A DNA stretch of 64,000 nt from Deltaproteobacteria bacterium (GTDB lineage Bacteria > SAR324 > JACQKK01): the NCBI GenBank assembly GCA_029858505.1, contig JAOUEW010000002.1, forward strand, positions 104,851 to 168,850, in the 5' to 3' direction. Shown here piece by piece: positions 55,972 through 64,000 of this stretch. Below the pieces are notes generated by a model. The model did no database searches. It was not told the DNA's origin and was given only the letters and a program-made list of their open reading frames with translations. The translations under genes were made by a program, and so were the position numbers. Every line of letters starts with the position of its first letter. Position 1 is the stretch's first letter.

Positions 55972-58485
55972 TTATCCCGCCACGATGTTCACCAAACGAT
56001 TGTCTTTCCCCCCGATGGGAATGACTTTGCGGACGGTTTTCCCTTCCAGGGCTTCCCGCACCTTGGGGCTGGCCAGGGCCAGGGCCTCCAGGCCCTCGGT
56101 GGGGGTGTCGGCGGCAATGTGCAGCTTGTCTTTCACCTTGCCGTTGACCTGAACCACCAGGGATACCACGGTGTTTTGGGCCAGGGTGGCGTCCCAACTG
56201 GGCCAAGCTTGCAGGTGAACGCTGGGGCCGGGGTGGCGGCGCTGCCACAACTCTTCGGTGAGGTAGGGGGCCACCGGGGCCAGCATTAAGATCAGGGCGT
56301 CCATGGCTTCTTCCCAGGCGGGGGAGCCCGCCAGGGTGGGCCGCATGGTTTTCAGCTCGTTGCGAAAGGCCATCAGCGAGGCCAGCAGCGTGTTGAACTT
56401 GAACTGGCCGTAGTCTTCTTCCACCTTGCGAATGGTTTGGTGGGTCAGGCGGCGCAGGGCGGCTTGCTCCTCTTGGCCGGGGGTTTGGGCGGGCGGGGCT
56501 TCCACGTTCCGGGCCAGGCTCCACACATCGGCCAGAAAGCGGGTGACCCCCTCGATGCCCTTGGAGTTCCAGGGGGCGCCCTGGTCCCAGGGGCCAATGA
56601 ACATCAGGAAGGCCCGCATGGCATCGGCCCCGTGGCGCTTCACCAGGGGGTCGGGGGCCACCACGTTGCCCCGAGACTTGGACATCTTTTCGTTGTCTTC
56701 CCCCAGAATGATTCCCTGGTTCACCAGCCGCATCACCGGGGCCCGCACCGGCAGGGCCCCCACGTCGGCCAGGGCCATGGCAAAGAACCGCACGTATAAC
56801 AGGTGCAGAATGGCGTGCTCAATGCCCCCGGTGTATTGATCCACCGGCAGCCACTGCTTCACTCGATTCAGATCCCAGGGGGTGTCTTGTTCCCCCGCGG
56901 CCTGGCCTTTTTTCCAATAGGGAGACAGGTAGGCGTACATATACCAGGAAGAGCAAATGAAGGTATCCATGGTATCGGTCTCGCGCTGGGCGGGCTGGCC
57001 GCAACGGGGGCAGTTCACATGGAGGAACCCGGCGTGATCTTTAAGGGGGCTTTCGCCGGTGGGCTTGAACACCGCGTCGTCGGGCAGGCGCACCGGCAAA
57101 TCTTGGTAGGGCACCGGCACCGTGCCGCAGGTTTTGCAGTGAATGATGGGAATGGGGGTGCCCCACATGCGCTGGCGGGAGATCAACCAGTCTCGCAGGC
57201 GGTAGTTGACGCTGCGCTTGCCCACCTTCTTGGCTTCCAGGGCCCCGGCCACCCGGTTGAAACTCTCTGGCCAGACCAAGCCGGTGAACTCTCCGCTGTT
57301 CACCATGACCGAGCCTTCTTTGGCCGTGTAGGTTTCATCCTCAGGGGGTAGCAGGGGGGCCGGGTCGGGGGAGCCCTGGGGCTTTAGCACCACCGGGCAG
57401 GGCAGCCCATAGCGCCGGGCGAAGGCCCGGTCCCGGGTATCGTGGGCGGGCACGGCCATGATGGCCCCCGTGCCGTAGTCCATCAGCACATAGTCGGCCA
57501 CCCACACCGGAATCTTCTGCCCGGTGAAGGGGTGCAGGGCATAAGCACCGGTGAACACCCCGTCTTTCTCCTTGTTGTCCGCCATCCGCTCAATGTCGGT
57601 CTTGCTGGCGGCGGCCTTGCGGTAGGCCTCCACCGCTGGTTTGTTCTCTGGGGTGGTGATTTGCTCCACCAGGGGGTGTTCGGGAGAGATCACGCAGAAG
57701 GTGACCCCAAACAGGGTGTCGGGCCGGGTGGTGAACACCCGCAGGGCCGCGCCGTCTCCCTCGGTCAGGGCCATTTTGAACTCCACCCCCTCGCTGCGGC
57801 CAATCCAGTTGGTCTGCATGGTGCGCACCGCCTCTGGCCATTCAATGCCAGAAAAATCGAGCAGCTCTTGAGCGTAACGGGTAATGGCCAGCTTCCACTG
57901 GTTCAGCGCGCGTTTTTCCACCGGGGTGGAACACCGCTCGCAAACTTTGTCTTCTCCCACCACCTGCTCACGGGCCAGGGTGGTGTTGCACGACGGGCAG
58001 AAATCCACCGGCGAAAACTCCCGGTAGGCCAACTCTTTTTCAAACAGCTTCAAAAAAATCCACTGGCTCCAGCGGTAATAGTCGGGCTCGCAGGTAATCA
58101 CCTCGTGATCCCAGGCGAACATGGCCCCCATCATCTTCAACTGCCCCCGCATCCGCTCGATGTTCTTGTAGGTCCAGTCTTTGGGGTGAATGTTGTTCTT
58201 GATGGCGGCGTTTTCGGCCGGCAGCCCAAAGGCGTCGAACCCCATGGGGAAGAACACGTTAAACCCCTTCATCCGCTTGAAGCGGGCTCCGGCGTCCGAC
58301 GGGGCGATGGCGTACCAATGGCCAATGTGCAGGTCGCCCGAAGGGTAGGGAAACATGGTCAGCCAGTAAAACTTGGGCCGGGGAGAGTTCGGGTCGAACC
58401 GGTACAGGCCGTTGGCCTCCCACTGGGCGGCCCATTTGGCTTCTACTTCGGAAGGGGTATAGGTGTTTTGGTCGGTGTCGGTCAT
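55972..58485 (-). CDS. leuS: Leucyl-tRNA synthetase
   Basis: MFPYPSGDLHIGH, MQTNWIGRSEG, VFTTRPDT, DWLISRQR.WG.PIP, KMSKS, VQVNGK. Confidence 0.98.
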   Translation of the reverse strand: MTDTDQNTYTPSEVEAKWAAQWEANGLYRFDPNSPRPKFYWLTMFPYPSGDLHIGHWYAIAPSDAGARFKRMKGFNVFFPMGFDAFGLPAENAAIKNNIHPKDWTYKNIERMRGQLKMMGAMFAWDHEVITCEPDYYRWSQWIFLKLFEKELAYREFSPVDFCPSCNTTLAREQVVGEDKVCERCSTPVEKRALNQWKLAITRYAQELLDFSGIEWPEAVRTMQTNWIGRSEGVEFKMALTEGDGAALRVFTTRPDTLFGVTFCVISPEHPLVEQITTPENKPAVEAYRKAAASKTDIERMADNKEKDGVFTGAYALHPFTGQKIPVWVADYVLMDYGTGAIMAVPAHDTRDRAFARRYGLPCPVVLKPQGSPDPAPLLPPEDETYTAKEGSVMVNSGEFTGLVWPESFNRVAGALEAKKVGKRSVNYRLRDWLISRQRMWGTPIPIIHCKTCGTVPVPYQDLPVRLPDDAVFKPTGESPLKDHAGFLHVNCPRCGQPAQRETDTMDTFICSSWYMYAYLSPYWKKGQAAGEQDTPWDLNRVKQWLPVDQYTGGIEHAILHLLYVRFFAMALADVGALPVRAPVMRLVNQGIILGEDNEKMSKSRGNVVAPDPLVKRHGADAMRAFLMFIGPWDQGAPWNSKGIEGVTRFLADVWSLARNVEAPPAQTPGQEEQAALRRLTHQTIRKVEEDYGQFKFNTLLASLMAFRNELKTMRPTLAGSPAWEEAMDALILMLAPVAPYLTEELWQRRHPGPSVHLQAWPSWDATLAQNTVVSLVVQVNGKVKDKLHIAADTPTEGLEALALASPKVREALEGKTVRKVIPIGGKDNRLVNIVAG

Positions 58486-58603
58486 GATAAAAAGAGCGGG
58501 GGAGGTCGAACAAAACCGGGGAAATCCGGCGGGTCAGGCGATAAAAGAGAGTAACGGATAACCGGGGGCGGTGACAACCGGCCATTTCTGCCCCCGAATC
58601 CTC

Positions 58604-58918
58604 CTACATCTCGTACACGGTTTCCAAGTCTCCCAGCACCATGTCTCGGTAGGCTGGGTCGGGGTTGGCTTCCACCACGTTCCGTTGCTGAATATCCACC
58701 GGCTGGCCCAGCACCCCCACCAACTCGTCCACCATGGTCAGCTCCTCGCTCAGCTTCCACTTCACGTTGGGGCGGTAGGCAATCACCATCTGCACCGGCT
58801 GGCCCGGCATAAAGCCCGGCTGCAACACCACACCCCAAAACGACATCTCCAGCATCTTCCACCTCTCGCAAAAGGCCGTCAGTTTGTTCTTGTCATAGTG
58901 AATTTGCACGCGGCTCAT
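58604..58918 (-). CDS. Degenerate minimal nucleotidyltransferase (MNT)-like protein
   Basis: AFCERW...SFWGVVLQPGFMPGQPVQMVIAY...ELVGVLGQPVDI...Y.R..VL.D...VY matches the MNT fold, but GS->GV and DxD->PVQ. Confidence 0.7.
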   Translation of the reverse strand: MSRVQIHYDKNKLTAFCERWKMLEMSFWGVVLQPGFMPGQPVQMVIAYRPNVKWKLSEELTMVDELVGVLGQPVDIQQRNVVEANPDPAYRDMVLGDLETVYEM

Positions 58919-59286
58919 GGGGCGTTCCGTTGGGGGAGAGAGGAAAGGAGAGATAAAACCTTTTTCACGTTTTCAATAACTGTTTTCGTTTGGGTTTCCG
59001 TCCAGTTCTCGTGGATTTTATAATCCGCCATAACACGTCTACTCTTTATGGTACTCAACAACTTCCCAATGACCTTGTGCTGTTCTGTGCTGGAGAGTAA
59101 CTTCTTGATAACCCGATCATGCATCCCTTTAGCGTCTTCCGGTTCCGGAATGGGTTTGGATAGGTCTTCACTCGGTAGAAAGGCCGCGTAATATGCCCGG
59201 CTGGCCGCAGCACGCCGGGAAACTTCATCCGGCTGCTCCGCTTGGCGTTCTGCCCACTCCAAAAGATCATGGTGGGTAATCGGCAT
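58915..59286 (-). CDS. HEPN-domain protein
   Basis: AASRAYYAAF and RRVMADY motifs of the UPF0332/HEPN type; TAATG overlap upstream and ATGA overlap downstream. Confidence 0.8.
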   Translation of the reverse strand: MPITHHDLLEWAERQAEQPDEVSRRAAASRAYYAAFLPSEDLSKPIPEPEDAKGMHDRVIKKLLSSTEQHKVIGKLLSTIKSRRVMADYKIHENWTETQTKTVIENVKKVLSLLSSLPQRNAP

Positions 59287-60026
59287 TATTCCTCCCACAC
59301 AGAAAAAGACACGTTGAATAAAGATAGAACGCGCGGGGGAATGTCTAGTTTGGCAACGGCTTCTGCCAGTTCAACCTCCATGTCCACCACTTCTTTGATG
59401 GATTTTTTCACTCGAATATCGTAACTCACCCAGGTGGAATCTTCGTCGGAAAAAAGACCAACTGTTTGTTCGTGAATGAAAATCCTTTTCTCGCGAAGAA
59501 TTGCTAACTCCGGTGCGACCATTTGCTGGGTTTCTTCATCGGTCACCCCTTCCTGGGCAAGAAACTCCGCGCAGAGAATTAAACTGGCATATTCTAATTT
59601 TTCCTCTTTCGCTCGTTTGGCAGCCGTTTGCAAACGGCCCAATTGCATGTGGATGGCTATAAACTGTTTAATGAAATCTTTTTGCGTTGGGAATTTATCC
59701 AGCGATTGACGGCAGAACTCAAGGGCTTCCTGGCCGTGGCCCATCCGGCCAAGCGCGGTAATATAGTTCCCACGGCAAACGAATTCGCCTTCAGAAGAAA
59801 GGGGAAATTGAAGGGCTTTATTAAAGTTTTCCCTAACCCCATCAGGGTTGTACTCTACGCTTGCCAGCAGACCCATTAAGTAGAAAGCCATGGGCGGGTC
59901 TTTGGGTTTTAGTTTTTCGGCTTCTGCCTTCAACCGCCGCAGGGTAAACGGATCCGGCGACGGCGATTCACACAGATCCGCAACCCTCTCTTGCAATTCC
60001 TCGGCTTTGGTTTTTGGCACATTCAT
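59286..60026 (-). CDS. TPR-like helical protein with unassigned alpha/beta C-terminal domain
   Basis: TPR-like helices (FYLMGLLAS.....GVRENFNKALQF; NYITALGRMGHGQEALEFCRQSL); lower GC than neighbours. Confidence 0.7.
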   Translation of the reverse strand: MNVPKTKAEELQERVADLCESPSPDPFTLRRLKAEAEKLKPKDPPMAFYLMGLLASVEYNPDGVRENFNKALQFPLSSEGEFVCRGNYITALGRMGHGQEALEFCRQSLDKFPTQKDFIKQFIAIHMQLGRLQTAAKRAKEEKLEYASLILCAEFLAQEGVTDEETQQMVAPELAILREKRIFIHEQTVGLFSDEDSTWVSYDIRVKKSIKEVVDMEVELAEAVAKLDIPPRVLSLFNVSFSVWEE

Positions 60027-60146
60027 ACCCGCCTCGCTTTCTTGTCTTTCGCTCTGCCAATCCGTTCAAATTCTCTCAAACCCCTGCTGCCCTGGCTCTC
60101 TCTACCCATCATCCGTCACTAGGCCATTTGGGGCAACCCCCGCCCC

Positions 60147-61685
60147 TTACAGCGCCGCTTTCCGCCTGGGGTTCAGCTTGCGATAGGCCAAGCGGTTCAA
60201 GGCGGTGGTGAAGGCCATGGCGGAGGCCATCACGATGTCCAGATCGGTGCCGCGGCCAATGGCCGAGAGGCCGTCTTCCTCCACGGTGACGGCCACTTCG
60301 CCCTGGGCGTCGGTGCCGCCGGTGATGGCGTTCACCTGGTAGTGGGTGAGTTTACAGGCCGAGCCGGTGATTTCTTTGATGGCGTTGAGGGCGGCGTCTA
60401 CCGGCCCGGCGCCAAAGGCGGCCTTGCGGATGATTTTGCCGTCCACCTCCAGTTCCACCGTGGCGGTGGGAATAGCGTCGGTGCCAGAGACGGCGTTCAG
60501 GTGGTGGATTTTGTAGCGGCCCTGCCAGCCGCCGGTGTTTTGGTTCACCAGGGCTTCGATGTCTTCATCGAAGACGGTCTTCTTCAGGTCGGCCAGCCGC
60601 TTGAATTCCCCGAACACCCGGTTCAGGTCTTCATCGCTCAGGGTGTAGCCCATTTCCTCCACCCGTTGGGCCAGGGCGTGGCGGCCAGAGTGCTTGCCCA
60701 GCACCAGGTTGCTGGCTTTGATGCCCACCGATTCGGGCGTCATGATTTCGTAGGTGAGGGGGTTTTTCAACATGCCGTCTTGGTGAATGCCCGCCTCGTG
60801 GGCGAAGGCGTTGGCCCCCACAATGGCTTTGTTGGGCTGCACGGCCATGCCGGTCAACTGGGTGAGTAGCCGGCTGGTTTGGAAGATGTGCTCGGTGTGA
60901 ATGCCCGTGGCCACCTGATAGAACTGGTGGCGGGTCTTTAAGGCCATCACGATTTCTTCCAGCGAGGCATTCCCCGCCCGCTCGCCAATGCCGTTGATGG
61001 TGCATTCCACTTGCCCGGCCCCGGCCCGCACGGCGGCCAGGGAGTTGGCCACCGCCAGCCCCAGGTCGTTGTGGCAATGCACCGAGAACACCACCTTGTC
61101 GGCGCCCTTCACTTCGTTTACCAGCCGGGTGATGAGCTCGTGCATTTCATGGGGGGTGGTGTAGCCCACCGTGTCGGGGATGTTCAGGGTGGTGGCCCCG
61201 GCGGCCACGGTTGCGCCGAGCAGCCGCACCAAAAACTCAGGCTCGGCCCGGGTGGCGTCTTCGGGAGAGAACTCCACGTTGTCGGTGAATTTTTTGGCCT
61301 GCTCCACCGCCCGCACCGCGTTGGCCACCACTTCGTCTGGGGTCATTTTCAGCTTGTGCTTCATGTGCAGCGGGCTAGAGCCGATGAAGGTGTGAATGCC
61401 CCAGCGGGGAGACCCCTTCAGGGCCTCGGCGGCGGCGTTGATGTCTTCGGCCTTGGCCCGGGCCAGGGAGACGATCATGGGCCCCTTCACCGTGCGGGAG
61501 ATTTCTCGTATGGACTCGAAGTCTCCCGGCGAGGCGGCGGCGAAGCCTGCCTCGATGGTATCCACCCCCAGCCGGGCCAATTGTTGGGCCATCAGCAGCT
61601 TCTCCTCGGCGGTCATGGTGCAGCCGGGGGATTGCTCCCCGTCCCGCAGGGTGGTGTCGAATATGCGAATTCTTCGTTCCGTCAT
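60147..61685 (-). CDS. leuA: 2-isopropylmalate synthase
   Basis: [40 protein letters not shown]-terminal regulatory domain G.GPVDA. Confidence 0.97.
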   Translation of the reverse strand: MTERRIRIFDTTLRDGEQSPGCTMTAEEKLLMAQQLARLGVDTIEAGFAAASPGDFESIREISRTVKGPMIVSLARAKAEDINAAAEALKGSPRWGIHTFIGSSPLHMKHKLKMTPDEVVANAVRAVEQAKKFTDNVEFSPEDATRAEPEFLVRLLGATVAAGATTLNIPDTVGYTTPHEMHELITRLVNEVKGADKVVFSVHCHNDLGLAVANSLAAVRAGAGQVECTINGIGERAGNASLEEIVMALKTRHQFYQVATGIHTEHIFQTSRLLTQLTGMAVQPNKAIVGANAFAHEAGIHQDGMLKNPLTYEIMTPESVGIKASNLVLGKHSGRHALAQRVEEMGYTLSDEDLNRVFGEFKRLADLKKTVFDEDIEALVNQNTGGWQGRYKIHHLNAVSGTDAIPTATVELEVDGKIIRKAAFGAGPVDAALNAIKEITGSACKLTHYQVNAITGGTDAQGEVAVTVEEDGLSAIGRGTDLDIVMASAMAFTTALNRLAYRKLNPRRKAAL

Positions 61686-61760
61686 GGCGTTCTCCTGTGG
61701 TGTCCGTGGTGTGAATCGCTGAAATCGTGTGGTTCTTTCATGTGGGCGGCGGCGCGGCCC

Positions 61761-61806
61761 AAAAACAAAAAACCGCAGGCTGCCCTGTTCTGTCAGGGGC
61801 CCGCGG
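61761..61806 (-). terminator. Attenuator-type intrinsic terminator in the leuA leader
   Basis: Minus strand CCGCGGG-CCCCTG-ACAGAA-CAGGGCAG-CCTGCGG then TTTTTTGTTTTT, ~75 nt before the leuA ATG. Confidence 0.75.
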
Positions 61807-61912
61807 CTGTGATGTTCTGCTGAATCGCTCCGGGGCCGTGTGTGCCCCGTTTGATCTGCCCGGGGCGGATGACCCTGGGTAACTGGGGCGGGTGTTCACC
61901 CGCCGCCCGGGG

Positions 61913-61990
61913 TCAAGGCATGACACTGGCTAGGCTGCCAAACGGCAGCCCAGCGGGGGATAGGGATAGGATATGCCCGGTGAGTGTCAT
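61913..61990 (-). CDS. Putative leu leader peptide MTLTGHILSLSPAGLPFGSLASVMP
   Basis: 25-codon ORF read manually with 5 Leu codons, 3 of them CTA (rare at this GC); weak SD. Confidence 0.55.
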   Translation of the reverse strand: MTLTGHILSLSPAGLPFGSLASVMP

Positions 61991-62196
61991 GGGTTTGCCC
62001 GGAAATGGTCTTTAAACCTTTTGTACATACAGATATTCAACGTGTATGCCTGAAAACGGGGCTTGTCAAGGGGGGCCGGTGTTTGCTTCCCTTCTTTGCG
62101 TTTCTTCCCGCTTTTTGATGATATTGAGATATTTCACGCTGTTCGCCGGTTCTCACGGTCTTGTTTCAATCACCGCCAAACATAGGGGAGGAACCC

Positions 62197-63354
62197 ATGG
62201 GAAATTTCTTCTTAAATATCCGTTTGACCAAGCTTGTCCGTTTGCCGCTGGCCATGGCCCTGACCATGGCACTGCTGGCCGTGGGGCCGGGGGCCGCATG
62301 GGCTGATGAGCCCGAAGCGGAACGGGGAGATGATGGGGCCACCGTTGAAGCGGCTCCAAAAGCCACACCAGAAACAGACGGTTGGGTTTCAAAGGGAAAG
62401 GCTTTTTTTGTACAGAAAAAATATACCGAGGCGCTCAAGTGGTTTCGCAAAGCCGCGGACCAGGGAAATGCCGAGGCCCAGTTTAACCTGGGGGTGATGT
62501 ACTCCAAAGGCCAGGGAGTGACCCAGGACTACGCCCAGGCGGCAGAGTGGTATCGCAAGGCCGCGGAACAGGGGAATGCCGAAGCCCAGTTTAACCTAGG
62601 AGGGATGTACCACACAGGCCGAGGGGTGACGGAGGATATCGCCCAGGCGGTGGAGTGGTATCGTAAGGCTGCGGAACAGGGGAATGCGTATGCACAATAC
62701 GCCCTGGGGTTGTTTTATATGTTGCACGATGAGGACTATGCCCAAGCAGCGGAGTGGCTCCGCAAGGCGGCAGTACAGGGGAATGACATTGCCCAGGTGA
62801 TGATAGGGGGGATGTATGCCAGAGGAGAGGGCGTGGAACAGAACTTTTACCAAGCGGCTTATTGGTTTTCTATGGCGGCGGAGCAGGGAAATGCCAATGC
62901 CCAGTTTACCATGGGGGGGATGTATTACGAGGGCAAGGGTGTAGAACAAGACTACGCCCAGGCGGCAAAATGGTATCGCCTAGCTGCGAAACAAGGGAAT
63001 GCTATTTCGAGTGCCCATGCCCAGAGCATCCTAGGATTGATGTATCTCAATGGTCAAGGGGTGCCGCGGGATTACATCCAGGCAGAAGTGTGGTTGCGCA
63101 AGGCGGCGGAACAGGGACATGCCGAGGCCCAGTTTTACCTGGGGGTGATGTACTTCAATGGCCAGGGGGTAAAGAAGAATATGGTTCTGGCCTATATGTG
63201 GACCAATCTGGCTCTTTCAAACTCAAATGAAGATGAAGGAGTGGAGTCAATCAAGCATAATTTAGATGCACTTGAAAATCGAATGACCCCCCAACAGGTT
63301 TCCGAAGCCCAGAAAATGGCCAGGAACTGGAAACCGAAAACACAGGGGAAGTAG
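62197..63354 (+). CDS. Secreted Sel1-like repeat protein
   Basis: Signal peptide; about seven AQxxLGxMYxxGxGV..D..QA..WYRKAAEQG repeats; GGAGGA SD before 62197. Confidence 0.93.
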   Translation: MGNFFLNIRLTKLVRLPLAMALTMALLAVGPGAAWADEPEAERGDDGATVEAAPKATPETDGWVSKGKAFFVQKKYTEALKWFRKAADQGNAEAQFNLGVMYSKGQGVTQDYAQAAEWYRKAAEQGNAEAQFNLGGMYHTGRGVTEDIAQAVEWYRKAAEQGNAYAQYALGLFYMLHDEDYAQAAEWLRKAAVQGNDIAQVMIGGMYARGEGVEQNFYQAAYWFSMAAEQGNANAQFTMGGMYYEGKGVEQDYAQAAKWYRLAAKQGNAISSAHAQSILGLMYLNGQGVPRDYIQAEVWLRKAAEQGHAEAQFYLGVMYFNGQGVKKNMVLAYMWTNLALSNSNEDEGVESIKHNLDALENRMTPQQVSEAQKMARNWKPKTQGK

Positions 63355-63382
63355 GGAGAATTAGGGAGGGGGGGGCAAATCG

Positions 63383-63556
63383 GACCTCACCCCGCCCGCT
63401 GGCGCGGGCTGCCCCTCTTCCGAAGAGAGGGGCAATGCTCGAATCCGTTGGCTATTCTTTTTATCCGCTCGGATGGGTTGGGCGAACGGAAGCAAGCAAC
63501 GCCCAAATGCCATTGAACTCCCCCTCTCTTCGGGAGAGGGGGGCGGGGGGTGAGGT
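63383..63556. repeat. REP-like doublet: 52-bp two-hairpin repeat (63383-63434) and inverted shorter copy (63520-63556)
   Basis: GACCTCACCCC-GCCCGC-TGGC-GCGGGC-TG-CCCCTCTTCCGAAGAGAGGGG-CA; inverted copy retains CCTCACCCC and hairpin 2. Confidence 0.88.
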
Positions 63557-63562
63557 TTCATC

Positions 63563-63949
63563 ATGCGGAGAGTGATGATAAAACGCTTTCGGGAAAACTC
63601 CCCTTTTAACCTTTGGAAAAAGTTCAAACAGGAAAGTCGTCGGATGCGGGTCGCTCCGACTTTGGCTGAGGATATTCTTTGGCAAAAAATCAGAAACAAC
63701 CAACTGGGTTTTCGGTTCCGCCGCCAACACGCCATTGATCGTTTCATTGTTGATTTTGTTTGCCTGTCCAAGTGCCTTGTGGTGGAGGTAGATGGTCTTG
63801 CGCACCGCCAGCGACAAACGCAGGATCAACAAAGGGATTCAAGTTTACAAAACTTAGGTTTTCAGGTTGTCCGTTTTACCAACGAACAAATCCTCCAGGA
63901 ACCTGATTGGGTGATTGACCGATTGAAAAAATATTTGCTCGTTGACTAG
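63563..63949 (+). CDS. DUF559 / Vsr-like endonuclease
   Basis: T.AE..LW..IR...LGFRFRRQH.I..FIVDF.C....LVVEVDG..H......D..RD..L...GF.VVRFTN. Confidence 0.9.
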   Translation: MRRVMIKRFRENSPFNLWKKFKQESRRMRVAPTLAEDILWQKIRNNQLGFRFRRQHAIDRFIVDFVCLSKCLVVEVDGLAHRQRQTQDQQRDSSLQNLGFQVVRFTNEQILQEPDWVIDRLKKYLLVD

Positions 63950-64000
63950 ACCTCACCCCGCCCGCTGGCGCGGGCTGCCCCTCTCCCGAAGAGAGGGGCA
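63949..64000 (+). repeat. Third REP-like copy, 51/52 identical to 63383-63434
   Basis: Begins at the last base of the DUF559 stop codon and runs to the window end. Confidence 0.9.

Noticed and set aside
63361-63832. Minus-strand ORFs across the DUF559 cassette (PHPPPPSPEERG...)
   Set aside because: Read-through of the repeats and antisense of the nuclease gene; no independent evidence.

Overview
GC-rich chromosomal segment of a Gram-negative bacterium. The lipoprotein/LolC-E content and a Qrc/ACIII-like respiratory operon suggest a deltaproteobacteria-like lineage such as SAR324 (inference only). Most of it is housekeeping: lepA, cca, ileS, a lolC/E-type permease, pcm, acyl-CoA dehydrogenase, GST, dppBC, rsgA, hflX, queC, coaE, ispG, leuS and leuA. 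Single lower-GC secreted or lipoprotein genes are interspersed. No tRNA, rRNA or CRISPR array was recognised. Main observations: (1) A DUF559/Vsr-like endonuclease gene at the right edge is embedded in two-hairpin REP-like repeats. A nuclease-free locus 37 kb away (26.3-26.6 kb) has the same repeat architecture and a homologous ~83-bp linker, suggesting an autonomous/non-autonomous REPIN-like system with a non-RAYT nuclease. (2) A translationally coupled TPR-like + HEPN + catalytically degenerate MNT operon lies between leuA and leuS. (3) An orphan two-winged-helix Rep/TrfA-like protein is flanked by 15-bp and 11-bp tandem repeats, a 20-bp-stem structured element and (TTC)13. (4) A Leu-rich leader peptide and terminator precede leuA. 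(5) The type-2 IleRS has the swapped GIHH motif. (6) Several degenerate proteins occur: a tyrosine recombinase, an ECF sigma-like protein and the MNT.
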